DNA of 64,000 nucleotides from Candidatus Vogelbacteria bacterium (GTDB taxonomy: Bacteria; Patescibacteriota; Minisyncoccia; Phycocordibacterales; XYD1-FULL-46-19). The position numbers and the translations under genes were made by a program. This document shows positions 8,436 to 18,700 of this stretch, piece by piece (within the stretch, counting starts at the first letter, position 1; the number at the start of each line of letters is the position of its first letter). The notes beneath the pieces were generated by a model. It made no database searches, had not been told where the DNA came from, and saw only the letters and a program-made list of their open reading frames with translations. The stretch is from assembly GCA_021414225.1 (NCBI GenBank), contig JAIOOX010000004.1, forward strand, positions 66,206 through 130,205, written 5' to 3'.

Positions 8436-9223
8436 TATTTTGTTTGAGTTTTAGCTACCACTTCACTGAGTCGTAAAATTTCACCAAAGTTTTTGGGATC
8501 AAGACAAGCCCTACCAACTAGCAAGCCGTCAGCTTTGCCAACACCCAAGAAACCCTCAGCATTTTTCGGACTAACTGAACCACCATATAAAACTTGAATA
8601 GTGTGAGCGGCTTCTTTACCAGCCAAACCACTAATCACTTTACGAATAAATAAGGCGTTGTGTAAAAAATTATCAGGTGTATCCACTCCAGTCGCATCTT
8701 TACCTATCGCCCAAACTGGTTCGTAGGCAATGACAATATCGGCAAATTGCGTTTTCTTTAATCCAGCCAAGCTAAGTTCCAATTGATTTTTTAAAATATT
8801 TAAATAGTCTCCATGAGTATCACGAACCTTTTCACCAATACACAAGATAACTGACAAACCAGCACTCAAAGCATTTTTAACTTTCACATTGATTTTCTCA
8901 TCCGTGTCACCACTCGCCCGCTTTTCGGAATGGCCGACAATCGTGTATTCGGCGCCGGTGTATTTGATCTGACCAGCGGATAGCGAACCAGTGAAAGCGC
9001 CAACTCCTTTTTCCATTGATATATCTTGAACTCCTAAGTGAAAATTTTTACTGGAACGATGATTCAAAAAGCCCAAGAAGACCGCTGGCGGACAGATTAC
9101 CGTCTCAGTATTAACCAGCTTTAGGGTTAATTTTTTAGTTTTTTGATACAAATCCTTCGCTTCCCGAGGAGTCTCAGGGTTCATCTTCCAATTCGCCACA
9201 ATTAGTTTTTTTGCCTTAGCCAT
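8435..9223 (-). CDS. tpiA: Triosephosphate isomerase
   Basis: VANWKMN, AYEPVWAIG and YGGSV motifs. Start taken at MAKAKK (ATG 9223) rather than the longer ORF. The stop overlaps the pgk start by 1 nt. Confidence 0.85.
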   Translation of the reverse strand: MAKAKKLIVANWKMNPETPREAKDLYQKTKKLTLKLVNTETVICPPAVFLGFLNHRSSKNFHLGVQDISMEKGVGAFTGSLSAGQIKYTGAEYTIVGHSEKRASGDTDEKINVKVKNALSAGLSVILCIGEKVRDTHGDYLNILKNQLELSLAGLKKTQFADIVIAYEPVWAIGKDATGVDTPDNFLHNALFIRKVISGLAGKEAAHTIQVLYGGSVSPKNAEGFLGVGKADGLLVGRACLDPKNFGEILRLSEVVAKTQTK

Positions 9224-9387
9224 GTGGGTATTGTAGCACAACAGACCAATGGTCAAAACTGAGATTTTCAGAGACGAGCGAAACTAGTTCTGTAATAAAC
9301 CCTTGCGTAACTGTCGGCTAGCCGGTTTTTGCCTCTAGTATTTAGACTGGTACTCCAGTAAGGCAAAATAGCCGACGTGGAGCAGAA

Positions 9388-9421
9388 GAAAACCACCCGC
9401 TGGGGTGGTTTTCTGTGGTTT
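9388..9421. terminator. Hairpin terminator downstream of the minus-strand 577-aa gene
   Basis: aaccaccc-gctg-gggtggtt plus a T-rich tail. Confidence 0.5.
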
Positions 9422-9444
9422 GGAGCAGAAGCTAGTTGAGTGGT

Positions 9445-11178
9445 TTATTCAACCTCTTTCCACCCTGTAATATTCCACCCACCTGACGGACCACTAACAA
9501 AATTTTGATTGGCTAAACCAGAATCATAAACAATACTGGCATTATTAGAGAGAACAATTCGATTAGCTGTTGCTTCTTTGGCCCCAGAGTTATTAGAAAA
9601 AGTAATAGTGCCATTTTGCGCATTAAGAATCACCGTCCCAGCGTTGTTAGACACTGTAATAGCACTATCACTTGGGCTAGTGGTTAAGAGCATGATATAG
9701 CTCCCAGTCTGTCCAGAACCAGCAAAAGTGGCATTATTAGAAATCGAAATCGTGCCATCAACCACTATCACACCACTACCCGCACCATAACCAGATCCCA
9801 GACGAACACTGGTGTTATTAGAAACAGTAAAATTACCAGTCACCCACAATGTACCGTTAACCACCAAGGTTTTATTGTTAGACAAAGATAGATCACCCAC
9901 AATCTTCCTAGAACCAAGATTAGTTGTCGATGTGGTAGCCGTAAAATTACCATTCCATACTCCTCCCGCCTGAGCTCCCGCCTTCCAAGCCTCAATATTA
10001 GCTTCGGATACGGGCCAGTTTTGGGCCACCGGATCAGCTTGTGAAGTGTTGCAAGCTTTATTATTACCAGAGCCAGTCTGACAATAAAGACTGCCAGCAA
10101 TAGTAGAGTTGGTGACCGTATGAGCTTGGGCATTCCCCACTCCACTTTGGCCAACAGTAACCCCTGTAATAGTGGAGTATAAACCGCCTAGATATAATTT
10201 AAAGTAACCGTCTAGAGTGGCTGGACTAGTGGCTGACCAGGTACCACCATTTTGACCAATCTTAGATTGACCACCACTATAACCGTCATCATTAGCCCCA
10301 ATAACATAATAAGCTGAGCTACTCTGAGTAGCATTATCAACCACCAACCAATAAGTGGTTCCGGGTACTAAGATCGGATTGGAGTTGAAGGTGGTGGTAA
10401 TCCAGCCGTAATTAGTAGTCACCAAAGAAGAATTCAAAGTGCCTGTAGTAATAGAAGTAGATCCAGGTTTGCCAGCATTATCATTTCGAATATAAACGGT
10501 CGCACTAGCTGGGCTACCAACCTTTTTTAAATAAAGATCCACCTTGTTAACAGGTGAGGATGTGCTAACAATAAAACTTTGAGCGAAGTCTTGAGTCCCA
10601 GAAGTATTGCGGAAGTTGATACTGTTAGACGGACTAGTTGGAGTATCATTGCTTTGATCAGTCGAAAGAGCTGAGCTGTTAGCCGCAATTGCTGTTCCTC
10701 TAATATAGGAGCCGTTGGAACCGGTGATACTACTATTACTATAAACGTTACCGATTACCCCAGAGTTGTTAGACAAAACAAAACCACCCTGACCAACTTG
10801 CACCCCGTAATTGAAAGCAATTCCTGTACCTGTCACAGCTTGAGCTTGAATTTTACGAATATAATTAGTGATATTTCCTAAAGCGGTGATGGTTTTACTA
10901 TTACCAGAGTCGGTCACCGCGGTATTGGTTTGGTTACCATCTAAAGACAGGACTTCGTTACTAGACACAGTTAGGCCATTCTTCAGTCGATACAAAACAT
11001 CTTCTACTCCTGATTCAGCCAAATGAAAACTAGAGAGACTTGAGTTGATCGAAGTGGCATCTTTGGAACTTCTGACACCTGGATTGACAGAGCCAGTCAT
11101 CAATAACATTCCCGCCAACAAAACAAAGAGTACCGAACCAATCATCGCTTGACCTGCTTGGTCTTTGTTGTTTTTCAT
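9445..11178 (-). CDS. Large secreted Ser/Thr/Asn/Gly-rich protein with an N-terminal TM anchor. Possible pilus-associated tip/adhesin protein.
   Basis: 577 aa. N-terminal hydrophobic segment with no canonical prepilin cleavage motif. Beta-rich low-complexity composition. It is the first gene downstream of the pseudopilin genes. Confidence 0.4.
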   Translation of the reverse strand: MKNNKDQAGQAMIGSVLFVLLAGMLLMTGSVNPGVRSSKDATSINSSLSSFHLAESGVEDVLYRLKNGLTVSSNEVLSLDGNQTNTAVTDSGNSKTITALGNITNYIRKIQAQAVTGTGIAFNYGVQVGQGGFVLSNNSGVIGNVYSNSSITGSNGSYIRGTAIAANSSALSTDQSNDTPTSPSNSINFRNTSGTQDFAQSFIVSTSSPVNKVDLYLKKVGSPASATVYIRNDNAGKPGSTSITTGTLNSSLVTTNYGWITTTFNSNPILVPGTTYWLVVDNATQSSSAYYVIGANDDGYSGGQSKIGQNGGTWSATSPATLDGYFKLYLGGLYSTITGVTVGQSGVGNAQAHTVTNSTIAGSLYCQTGSGNNKACNTSQADPVAQNWPVSEANIEAWKAGAQAGGVWNGNFTATTSTTNLGSRKIVGDLSLSNNKTLVVNGTLWVTGNFTVSNNTSVRLGSGYGAGSGVIVVDGTISISNNATFAGSGQTGSYIMLLTTSPSDSAITVSNNAGTVILNAQNGTITFSNNSGAKEATANRIVLSNNASIVYDSGLANQNFVSGPSGGWNITGWKEVE

Positions 11179-11211
11179 ATTGTTTTTATTATAGCAAAAT
11201 TTTTTCTCAGA

Positions 11212-11727
11212 CTAATATCCTCCACGCACCACGGCGGTGTCAGAAAAAGTACCAGTTGAGGAGGCCCGACCGCCAGCAGTCACTGTTAGATCAAAATTAA
11301 TCCCCTCCGAACTAGCGGTTGAAAAACGAGTAGCCATAAATTTTGATATTTTAGTACTACTAGAGGTCAGGGCTTGAGCAGTGTTCACTCCAGTTTGGAC
11401 AAACAAGGTACTAGTCGCGACAAAAAACTTAACAGTCGTTGGGCTACCGCCACTATCGTTTGTATTAAGTTGCAAAGTACTGAGATTAGCCCCTAAAACA
11501 CTATTAGCCACATCAATAGAAGTAGCTTGCCTGGTTTCCAGGACCACTCTCATTAAAGTATTCTGCCCATCAGTCCCCGCCATGCGACGATTGTAAGCCA
11601 AAAGAAAAGCGTTGGTCGTAGACAGTAAAATTAAACTAACCACGAGCGAAACAATCACAAACAAAGCTAAATAAATTAAAGTTTCTAGTAGGGTAAAACC
11701 AGCCTGTTGATTAAGTTTATTGGCCAT
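11212..11727 (-). CDS. Type IV pilin-like protein (prepilin-type N-terminal cleavage/methylation domain)
   Basis: MANKLNQQAG|FTLLETLIYLALFVIV: class III signal with Gly at -1, Glu at +5, and a hydrophobic helix. Confidence 0.7.
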   Translation of the reverse strand: MANKLNQQAGFTLLETLIYLALFVIVSLVVSLILLSTTNAFLLAYNRRMAGTDGQNTLMRVVLETRQATSIDVANSVLGANLSTLQLNTNDSGGSPTTVKFFVATSTLFVQTGVNTAQALTSSSTKISKFMATRFSTASSEGINFDLTVTAGGRASSTGTFSDTAVVRGGY

Positions 11728-11728
11728 C

Positions 11729-12232
11729 TTAATTAGCAAAAAGATTAGTTAAATAACCACTAGTCACCACTGTGGAAGTAGCCAAGCGGTAAGGCCAAGC
11801 CACCGTGACTGTAATCAATTTAGTGTTAGTGTCCAATGTTCCAGACGGAGCAATCCGACTATTAACATCACGATAAACTGGCGCTAAAGAAATAGTTCTA
11901 TAAAAGGGGCTATTGGTTTGAACGGTAGTGGTTGCCTGCCAAGCACCAGCATTAAAACGTAAATAATAATTTCTATTGGTAGTCAGCGGGGCCACGTTGG
12001 CAGTCCAACCACTATCACGTAAAACCCGAACCACCTCCAGACCCTGGTCAGCCAGTAAGCTAGCTTGTCGTTTTTTGAGCGTCTGACCTTCAAACACCAC
12101 CATAGTTTGAATAGTCATCACAATTCCGCCCAGAATCAAAGAAATAATTGCAATCGCAATCACCGCTTCTACTAAAGAAAAGCCAGCTGATTGATTGAGA
12201 TTAAGTCGATTACTTTTAAAAAAAAGAAGCAT
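11729..12232 (-). CDS. Type IV pilin-like protein (pseudopilin)
   Basis: ...NLNQSAG|FSLVEAVIAIAIISLILGGIV prepilin motif. Confidence 0.7.
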   Translation of the reverse strand: MLLFFKSNRLNLNQSAGFSLVEAVIAIAIISLILGGIVMTIQTMVVFEGQTLKKRQASLLADQGLEVVRVLRDSGWTANVAPLTTNRNYYLRFNAGAWQATTTVQTNSPFYRTISLAPVYRDVNSRIAPSGTLDTNTKLITVTVAWPYRLATSTVVTSGYLTNLFAN

Positions 12233-12236
12233 GATT

Positions 12237-12695
12237 TTATAATTGACCAGCTACTCCACTGGCCGAGATTGTAACCGTTGCTACTTTGGTCATATCAGAT
12301 AACGACTTAATAGTAATATAACCAAACTGAGTCGTCTCGCCGGTTAGACGTTTAAAATAAACATTGGTCGCTCCGCCAACTAAATAGGGTTGAATTGTTA
12401 AATCACCAGACGAGGCAATGACTTGATTGTCACTAGCTGAAGAATTAAAGCTACTACCACTAAATAAAGTAATGGATGTGCTAGCAATATTGACCCCATA
12501 AGAGGTGTCATTATAGCCAGCGACCGTTTTGGTTCGAGCCTGACTAAGAGCGGAGATTACATTGGTCGCCATATCGCTAACCGCATGCCGGGAACGGTAA
12601 GCTGAGAGACTGACAAAAACAGTCACAGCCACTAAAGTTACAATCGTCATCGCGATTATTACTTCCAGCAACGAAAAACCTTTATTGTTAGTCAT
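12237..12695 (-). CDS. Type IV pilin-like protein (pseudopilin)
   Basis: MTNNKG|FSLLEVIIAMTIVTLVAV prepilin motif. Start trimmed to the Met at 12695 to avoid overlap with pilC. Confidence 0.7.
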   Translation of the reverse strand: MTNNKGFSLLEVIIAMTIVTLVAVTVFVSLSAYRSRHAVSDMATNVISALSQARTKTVAGYNDTSYGVNIASTSITLFSGSSFNSSASDNQVIASSGDLTIQPYLVGGATNVYFKRLTGETTQFGYITIKSLSDMTKVATVTISASGVAGQL

Positions 12696-12697
12696 TT

Positions 12698-13912
12698 TTA
12701 TAGTGCTTCGGTTAGTGAATACATTGGACCAATCATCGAAATAGCAAAGAAACCAACCGCACAACCAATCAAGACTAAAAGAACTGGCTCAACAATGGTT
12801 GAGAGATTCTTGGTCTTGTTATCGACTTCTCCTTCAAAAAAGATAGCCCCTCGTAATAACATAGCCGCCAACTCACCGGTCTCTTCCCCAACTTCCGCCA
12901 TCTCACCAACCAATGGCGGAAAGAGATCTTCACGCGCTTTAAAAACCTGAGAGACCAAAACGCCCTTCTCAATCGCTTCAATTGAACCTAGTAATAAATT
13001 TTGATATTCCGTATTGTTAACCACCGATGAAGTGATTTTTAAACTCTCAGTTAGACTGACCCCAGCTGAAATCAAAGCTGATAAATTTCTCATCACCAAG
13101 GCTGAATTTAATTCTTGAACCATCACACCGATCACTGGCAATTTCAAAGCCAGCCGACTAATCATTATTTTACTAACTTTTGTTTTTCGCCAAAAAGAAA
13201 AACCAACCACTGAGGCTAAAGTCACAACAATGACAATCAAGTAATAATTAACAAAAAAGTTACTCAGACCAATGATTGCTCTAGTGGACAACGGTAAGTC
13301 TAATTTTAATTCTTGAAAAGTAGCAGTCAAAGCCGGTACCACAAAGATCATCATCAAGATCCCAATCAAGATAATGACCACAATAATAATGGCCGGATAA
13401 ATCATCGCTCCGCGAATCTTGCGTTTCAATTCATAACTTTTGTCGAGCTGTTCGCCGATCAATTTGAGCGAACCAGGCAAAGTACCAGACTCCTCTCCCG
13501 CCGCGACCATGGCCGCAAAGACACTTGGAAAAACAGCTGGCTGTTCTAACAGGGCCATCGATAAGGACTTACCCGCGTTCACTTTGGCAATGATTTTGGC
13601 AATTGATTTTTTTAAAAATTTATTCCTAGTTTGTCGTTCAAACACAGATAAAGACCGAGCTAGGGCTAGTCCCGCCTCAAGCATAGCCGCTAGATTTTGG
13701 GCAAACATTATTTTTTCTCTTAAAGACACTCGCCCTATAGTTAAACCCCACCTCTGTAACAAACCAGACTCTGTTTGGTTAACTTCTGCTAATGAAGTAA
13801 CAATATAACCTTCGTTACGAAGAGCTAGAGCGAGAGCTTGCCGGTCAAAAGCCTCTCGAGTCCCTTCGATACTCTGACCAGTCAAGTTTTTGGCTTTAAA
13901 TTTAAATTCCAT
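12698..13912 (-). CDS. pilC: Type IV pilus assembly platform protein PilC (GspF family)
   Basis: 404 aa with two T2SS-F repeats. N-terminal MEFKFKAKNLTGQSIEGTREA is typical of PilC. Confidence 0.85.
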   Translation of the reverse strand: MEFKFKAKNLTGQSIEGTREAFDRQALALALRNEGYIVTSLAEVNQTESGLLQRWGLTIGRVSLREKIMFAQNLAAMLEAGLALARSLSVFERQTRNKFLKKSIAKIIAKVNAGKSLSMALLEQPAVFPSVFAAMVAAGEESGTLPGSLKLIGEQLDKSYELKRKIRGAMIYPAIIIVVIILIGILMMIFVVPALTATFQELKLDLPLSTRAIIGLSNFFVNYYLIVIVVTLASVVGFSFWRKTKVSKIMISRLALKLPVIGVMVQELNSALVMRNLSALISAGVSLTESLKITSSVVNNTEYQNLLLGSIEAIEKGVLVSQVFKAREDLFPPLVGEMAEVGEETGELAAMLLRGAIFFEGEVDNKTKNLSTIVEPVLLVLIGCAVGFFAISMIGPMYSLTEAL

Positions 13913-13914
13913 AA

Positions 13915-15660
13915 TTACTCAGAGACCACTCGCAAAACTTCTTCTATGGTAGTTAGACCTTGAACTGATTTAAAAATCCCATCTTCAAGCATCGTCAACA
14001 TCCCCTCAGCCTTACCTCTAGTTTCAATCGCTTCCGCTGTTTTACCCTGCATCACCAGTTCCTTAATAGTTAAGGTCATTGGTAATATCTCATGAATACC
14101 AACCCGACCAGAATAACCATCTTCCGATTCTTCGGTCGCTTTTGGTTTATAAAATGGAATACTCGCCCACTCATCTTTTGGACCAACAATATTTTCTTGT
14201 CTAAGGGCTTCTAAAACTCTAGTTAGATCCACCTTTTTACCTAGCGAATCAATCTCGGCCGAGCTCAAGTTATATTTTTCCTTTGATTCACACAATCGAC
14301 GAACTAAACGCTGAGCAATAATGACATTGATAGTCGACACCACCAAAAAAGGCTCTGTCCCCATATCTAAGAGGCGTGGGATGGTGCCAGCAGCGGAGTT
14401 GGTGTGCAAGGTAGAGAGAACCAGGTGACCAGTCAATGACGCATTGATAGCTAAACTTGCTGTCTCGCCATCACGGATTTCCCCGACCATAATAATATCC
14501 GGGTCTTGGCGAACCAGAGAACGTAGGCCATTAGAAAAAGTTAGACCAATATCTGGCTTAACTTGAGTTTGATTAATACGAGCAATTTGGTATTCAATCG
14601 GGTCTTCAATGGTAGAAATATTAACATCGGGTGTATTTAACATCTGAAGCATGGTGTAGAGAGTGGTTGATTTACCAGAGCCGGTCGGTCCAGTCACCAA
14701 AATCATACCCGTACTAGCTCTCATTGCTTTATGGAGTCGCTCAAGACCCTCTCCATGAAACCCACTACCTTCTAGAGAAAAACCTTTAACCGAATCAGGT
14801 AACAGACGCATCACAATCTTCTCGCCAAAGTAAGTCGGTAAGGTAGAGACCCGGAGAGCAACATTTTGACCAGAGAGATCGGTTTTAAAACGCCCATCTT
14901 GTGGTAAGCGTTTTTCATCAAGGCGCAGATTGGCTAGCACTTTAACCCGAGCGGTTAGACCGGGAGCAGCCGACTTAGGCAAAATCATAGCGTCGTGCAG
15001 TAGACCATCAATACGGTAACGAATAACTAAATCTTTTTCGAATGGTTCAATATGAATATCAGAGGCTTTTTGTGACACCGCATGAGACAAAAGGGTGTCG
15101 ACAATACGAACCACTGGCAAATCTTCAGCGATTTTTTTTAATTCTTCTGGTGAAGTCGGACCTAGGTCGCTAGTCGAGGATAAACTACTAGCTTCCTTTT
15201 GAATCAGGTCCCCAAACTCAGCTTTTAAACTTTTCTGATACTGAAGTAAGCTATGTTTGATAGATTCAGAATCAGTTAAACGAGGTAAAACCTTAACCCC
15301 TACTCCCTTGCGAATGAAATCAATCGCCTGTAAATCGCCCGGATCTAGCATGGCCACTTCGAGACCTTGGTCGGACTTAGAGTAAGCAATAATATTGTGA
15401 CGGCGAGCAACTGGTTCGGGGATCAAAGTCAAAATAGTACGATCAATTTTATTTTTTTTCAAATCAACATACGGTATACCTAAAACATAAGCTTTAGCTT
15501 TTCGCCAATCGTCTTCGGAAATTTTACCATTACTAACCACTAGATCGGCGAACTTATTTTCATCCCCCCCTGCTTCAGTCCACAACAAATCAATATCAGC
15601 TTTACTGATCAAACGAGACTCGACTAAAAATTTTTTGAGTTCTAGCACGTCAGTGTGCAT
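13915..15660 (-). CDS. pilB: Type IV pilus assembly ATPase PilB (GspE family)
   Basis: Walker A VTGPTGSGKSTTLY, GspE_N region and Asp/His boxes; 581 aa. Confidence 0.9.
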   Translation of the reverse strand: MHTDVLELKKFLVESRLISKADIDLLWTEAGGDENKFADLVVSNGKISEDDWRKAKAYVLGIPYVDLKKNKIDRTILTLIPEPVARRHNIIAYSKSDQGLEVAMLDPGDLQAIDFIRKGVGVKVLPRLTDSESIKHSLLQYQKSLKAEFGDLIQKEASSLSSTSDLGPTSPEELKKIAEDLPVVRIVDTLLSHAVSQKASDIHIEPFEKDLVIRYRIDGLLHDAMILPKSAAPGLTARVKVLANLRLDEKRLPQDGRFKTDLSGQNVALRVSTLPTYFGEKIVMRLLPDSVKGFSLEGSGFHGEGLERLHKAMRASTGMILVTGPTGSGKSTTLYTMLQMLNTPDVNISTIEDPIEYQIARINQTQVKPDIGLTFSNGLRSLVRQDPDIIMVGEIRDGETASLAINASLTGHLVLSTLHTNSAAGTIPRLLDMGTEPFLVVSTINVIIAQRLVRRLCESKEKYNLSSAEIDSLGKKVDLTRVLEALRQENIVGPKDEWASIPFYKPKATEESEDGYSGRVGIHEILPMTLTIKELVMQGKTAEAIETRGKAEGMLTMLEDGIFKSVQGLTTIEEVLRVVSE

Positions 15661-15700
15661 AATTATTTTCCATTATATCAAACAACCGTCATTCCCCCCA

Positions 15701-15735
15701 ACAAAAAACTCCCTAATTGGGGAGTTTTTTGTTTT
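15701..15735. terminator. Rho-independent terminator after the giant-protein gene
   Basis: aaaaaactccc-taattg-gggagtttttt. Confidence 0.55.
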
Positions 15736-15750
15736 TAAAATTAATTATTT

Positions 15751-18700
15751 TTATTTAGCACAAACCAGACTAGCACCATTAGGCTGTGAAGACGTACTGC
15801 CAAACAAACTACTAGTCCTTCTACAGCTTATTTTCCATGAGTTAGCACTATTCGGCCTACTTTCTCTCAAAGCGTTCATTGACCCAAAAGATGAGTCACA
15901 CCAAGCACCTCCACTAACTACTTTGTAAGTAGCCGGGCAAGTTAGAATATAGTTATCATTAGCATCACTTGAAGCAATAGAACCCGTACAACCTCCGCTT
16001 GCCACAAAATTTCCACTAGAATTTTTTGTCCATTCACAATAAATAGAAGCAATCTTAACATCATCCCAAATCGCCTGACCAGTACTATCTTTAGCTGTTA
16101 GAACTCGTCCCACTGCTGGAGCAGGATCTCCACCACTAGAGCCACTAGAGCCTTGCACTCTTAATCTATCAGTCAAGACGCCACCCATCACTCTTAATTT
16201 CTCATTAGTTGACTGTAAAGTAGCCAGCCCAGGAAGGTTAATACCTACTTTACCAGTCCCAGATTCCATAATTAAGTTAGATCCGCCTGCTACCCAAGAT
16301 GTGCCATTTGATTTCAAAATCTGGTTAGCGTTAGTCGAGTTAGCTACTGGTAAACCACTTAGTGTTTCGTTGGAAGGCGCCCAAGCTGAACCATTCCATT
16401 TTAAAACTTGTCCGTTACTAGGAACAGTAGCAACTACTGAGCGACCTTGTAGTTGGTTGGCGTTCCATAGGGCTTGAGTATTTTGAGTGCTTAAAGTATT
16501 TCCAGAAATAACCAAACCTGTACCAGCTGAATATAAAGGTATACTATTCCCCCCAGAAATCGCTAAGGTGTTGTTACTAAATGATAAAGTCTGCTTATCA
16601 TTATCAGTAACTGATGGAATAATAACTGATGCATTTTGCCAAGTAGCTAAACCATTAGCGTCAGATACTAGAATTTTATTAAGGCCCGGACTACCACCAC
16701 GAATACGAATCTGACCATTTACGTCTAGTTTAGTTGTAGCTTGACCCAAAATACCGAGTCCAAGATTACCAAACACAGCCTGGTTACCAACCACCAATGA
16801 AGCCCCCATTACTTGAAGATCGGCTCCAGCGGTCACAACTCCTCCATCGGCAATCTTAAGACTATCAGTTCCAACCCAAGCACCATTATCATAGCGCAGA
16901 GTTTGATCAGCTTGTCCGCCAGGTAAACCACTACCACCACCTATTTCAGCCAAAGTTTTCCAAACTGCTTTTCCAGTTGAATCGGTAGCTGTCAAAACTT
17001 TATTTAGACCTGGAGTGCCACCACGAACAGTGATTTCTCCACCAATATCTAGTTTTGTACCAGTTTGAGTTGGAACTCTTCCTATACCGACGTTACCGTT
17101 AACTCCCTCAATCATAAAAGCTTCGGTCGGCCATTGGGCTTGATTGGTTCCCATGTTTGCTTGACGATAAATACGAAAACCCTTATCCAATCCACCGCCT
17201 GTGTAGTTATCTAAGTTCCAAACAGGAGTTTGGGTTGGGTCTGGATTTGTTGATTCAGAAGAAGCTAGGAATAATCGCGCTCCATTACCACGAATCAAAG
17301 CTTGGCCTGTTACTTCTAGGTTAGCCCCTGAAAATCCAGACTCAGAACTAACAATTAGTTTACCGTCTACATTAGTGTCTCCATTTACGTCCAATTTAGT
17401 TTTTGGCGCATTAGTACCAATACCAACGGAACCGCCTGATTTGATTCTCATATATTCACTAAAACTACCGCCAGAACCGGCCACTCCATTCCAACCACTG
17501 AAAACCAAGTCGGCGGAACCATTAACGTTAGTCAAGATCGATTTAATCTGAGAATTACCAGCATTACCATTATAGGTGCTTGGCTCTAGACCAAAATTCA
17601 AAGCCGCTTCGTTATTAACTTGAGGATTTGCCCCATTAACAATAGAAATCTCACCTCCACGACCACCAGCAACATTCTTTAATACAGTAAATAATGAAGT
17701 TGGAGCATTGGTACCAACACCAACATTACCAGTACCATTATCAATCCTTAAGCGTTCGATACTGTTTGTTCCACTTCCCCTTCCGGATTTAAATACTATA
17801 TCTTTATCAGCATCAGCGTCTGAAATAACAACGGCTTGCGCAGGTCCATCATAAGCAAAGGAAGCTCTATTGTTTACAACAAATTCAGCCGATTCACCAA
17901 TCAGTGGAGAAGCACTTGAATTCAAATTTAAAGTATGTGAAGGATTTCCAGCTGTAATAACAACTTTACCAGAATTGGTATTAAACAAATCATTACCAAC
18001 CTTGGTCCAATTAGAATCACCACCAGAAATATTCAAAGTACTAGTTGCTTTCCAAGAAGCAAAACCGAGACTATTAGAAACAAGAACCTTTCCTTCACCT
18101 TGATTTCCGTCTCGTAGGATCAATTTACTTTGAGCATTTGAAGAATTGGTCTCATTTCCAATAGTAAGAATACCTGGAATATAAACCTCTCTGTTAGCCC
18201 CTCCACCATCTAGACTTAAAGCTGGGGTTGCATTGTTGTCTAAAGTGGTAGGCACTATCTTTATAGACGCAGTTTCTGTTTTCCCACCAATAACACCCAA
18301 GATATTAAAGACTCCATTTAGAAGGACGTTACTAGTTTGAGGACTAACATTCAAAACACTGTTCGGCTCCCACTTACTACCAGACCAGGCAAGAGTCTGA
18401 CCAGTACTAATACCATTTGAGACATTATTTAGAGAATCATCTACAAAGACACAGAAACCGTCCTCCCCACCAACACAAGGACGATATTGAGTACTATTAC
18501 GCATTTGAATGAGGCGTAAATTTTCAGATAAGCTTATTTTCCAATCCTGTGGTTCATAGTCAGCATCACTGGGGGTACAATTTGTACTACCAGAACCTGG
18601 GGCATAACCCGAACTAGTATTAGAGTCACAATGATAGGCGCCCGCATTATAAAAAGCTAAATAAGTATTGTACTCACCAGAACTAATCTTCCAATCTTTA

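Noticed and set aside
9840-10154. 104-aa minus-strand ORF inside the 577-aa gene, in a different frame
   Set aside because: Fully nested in another frame of a coherent long ORF. Its basic low-complexity translation is typical of frame-shifted readings of Ser/Thr/Asn-rich genes.
13313-13808. + strand ORFs antisense within pilC. Similar antisense ORFs occur within the giant protein gene at 16487..16714, 17870..18103, 19334..19525 and 19679..19924.
   Set aside because: Antisense to strongly supported genes, with no independent signals.
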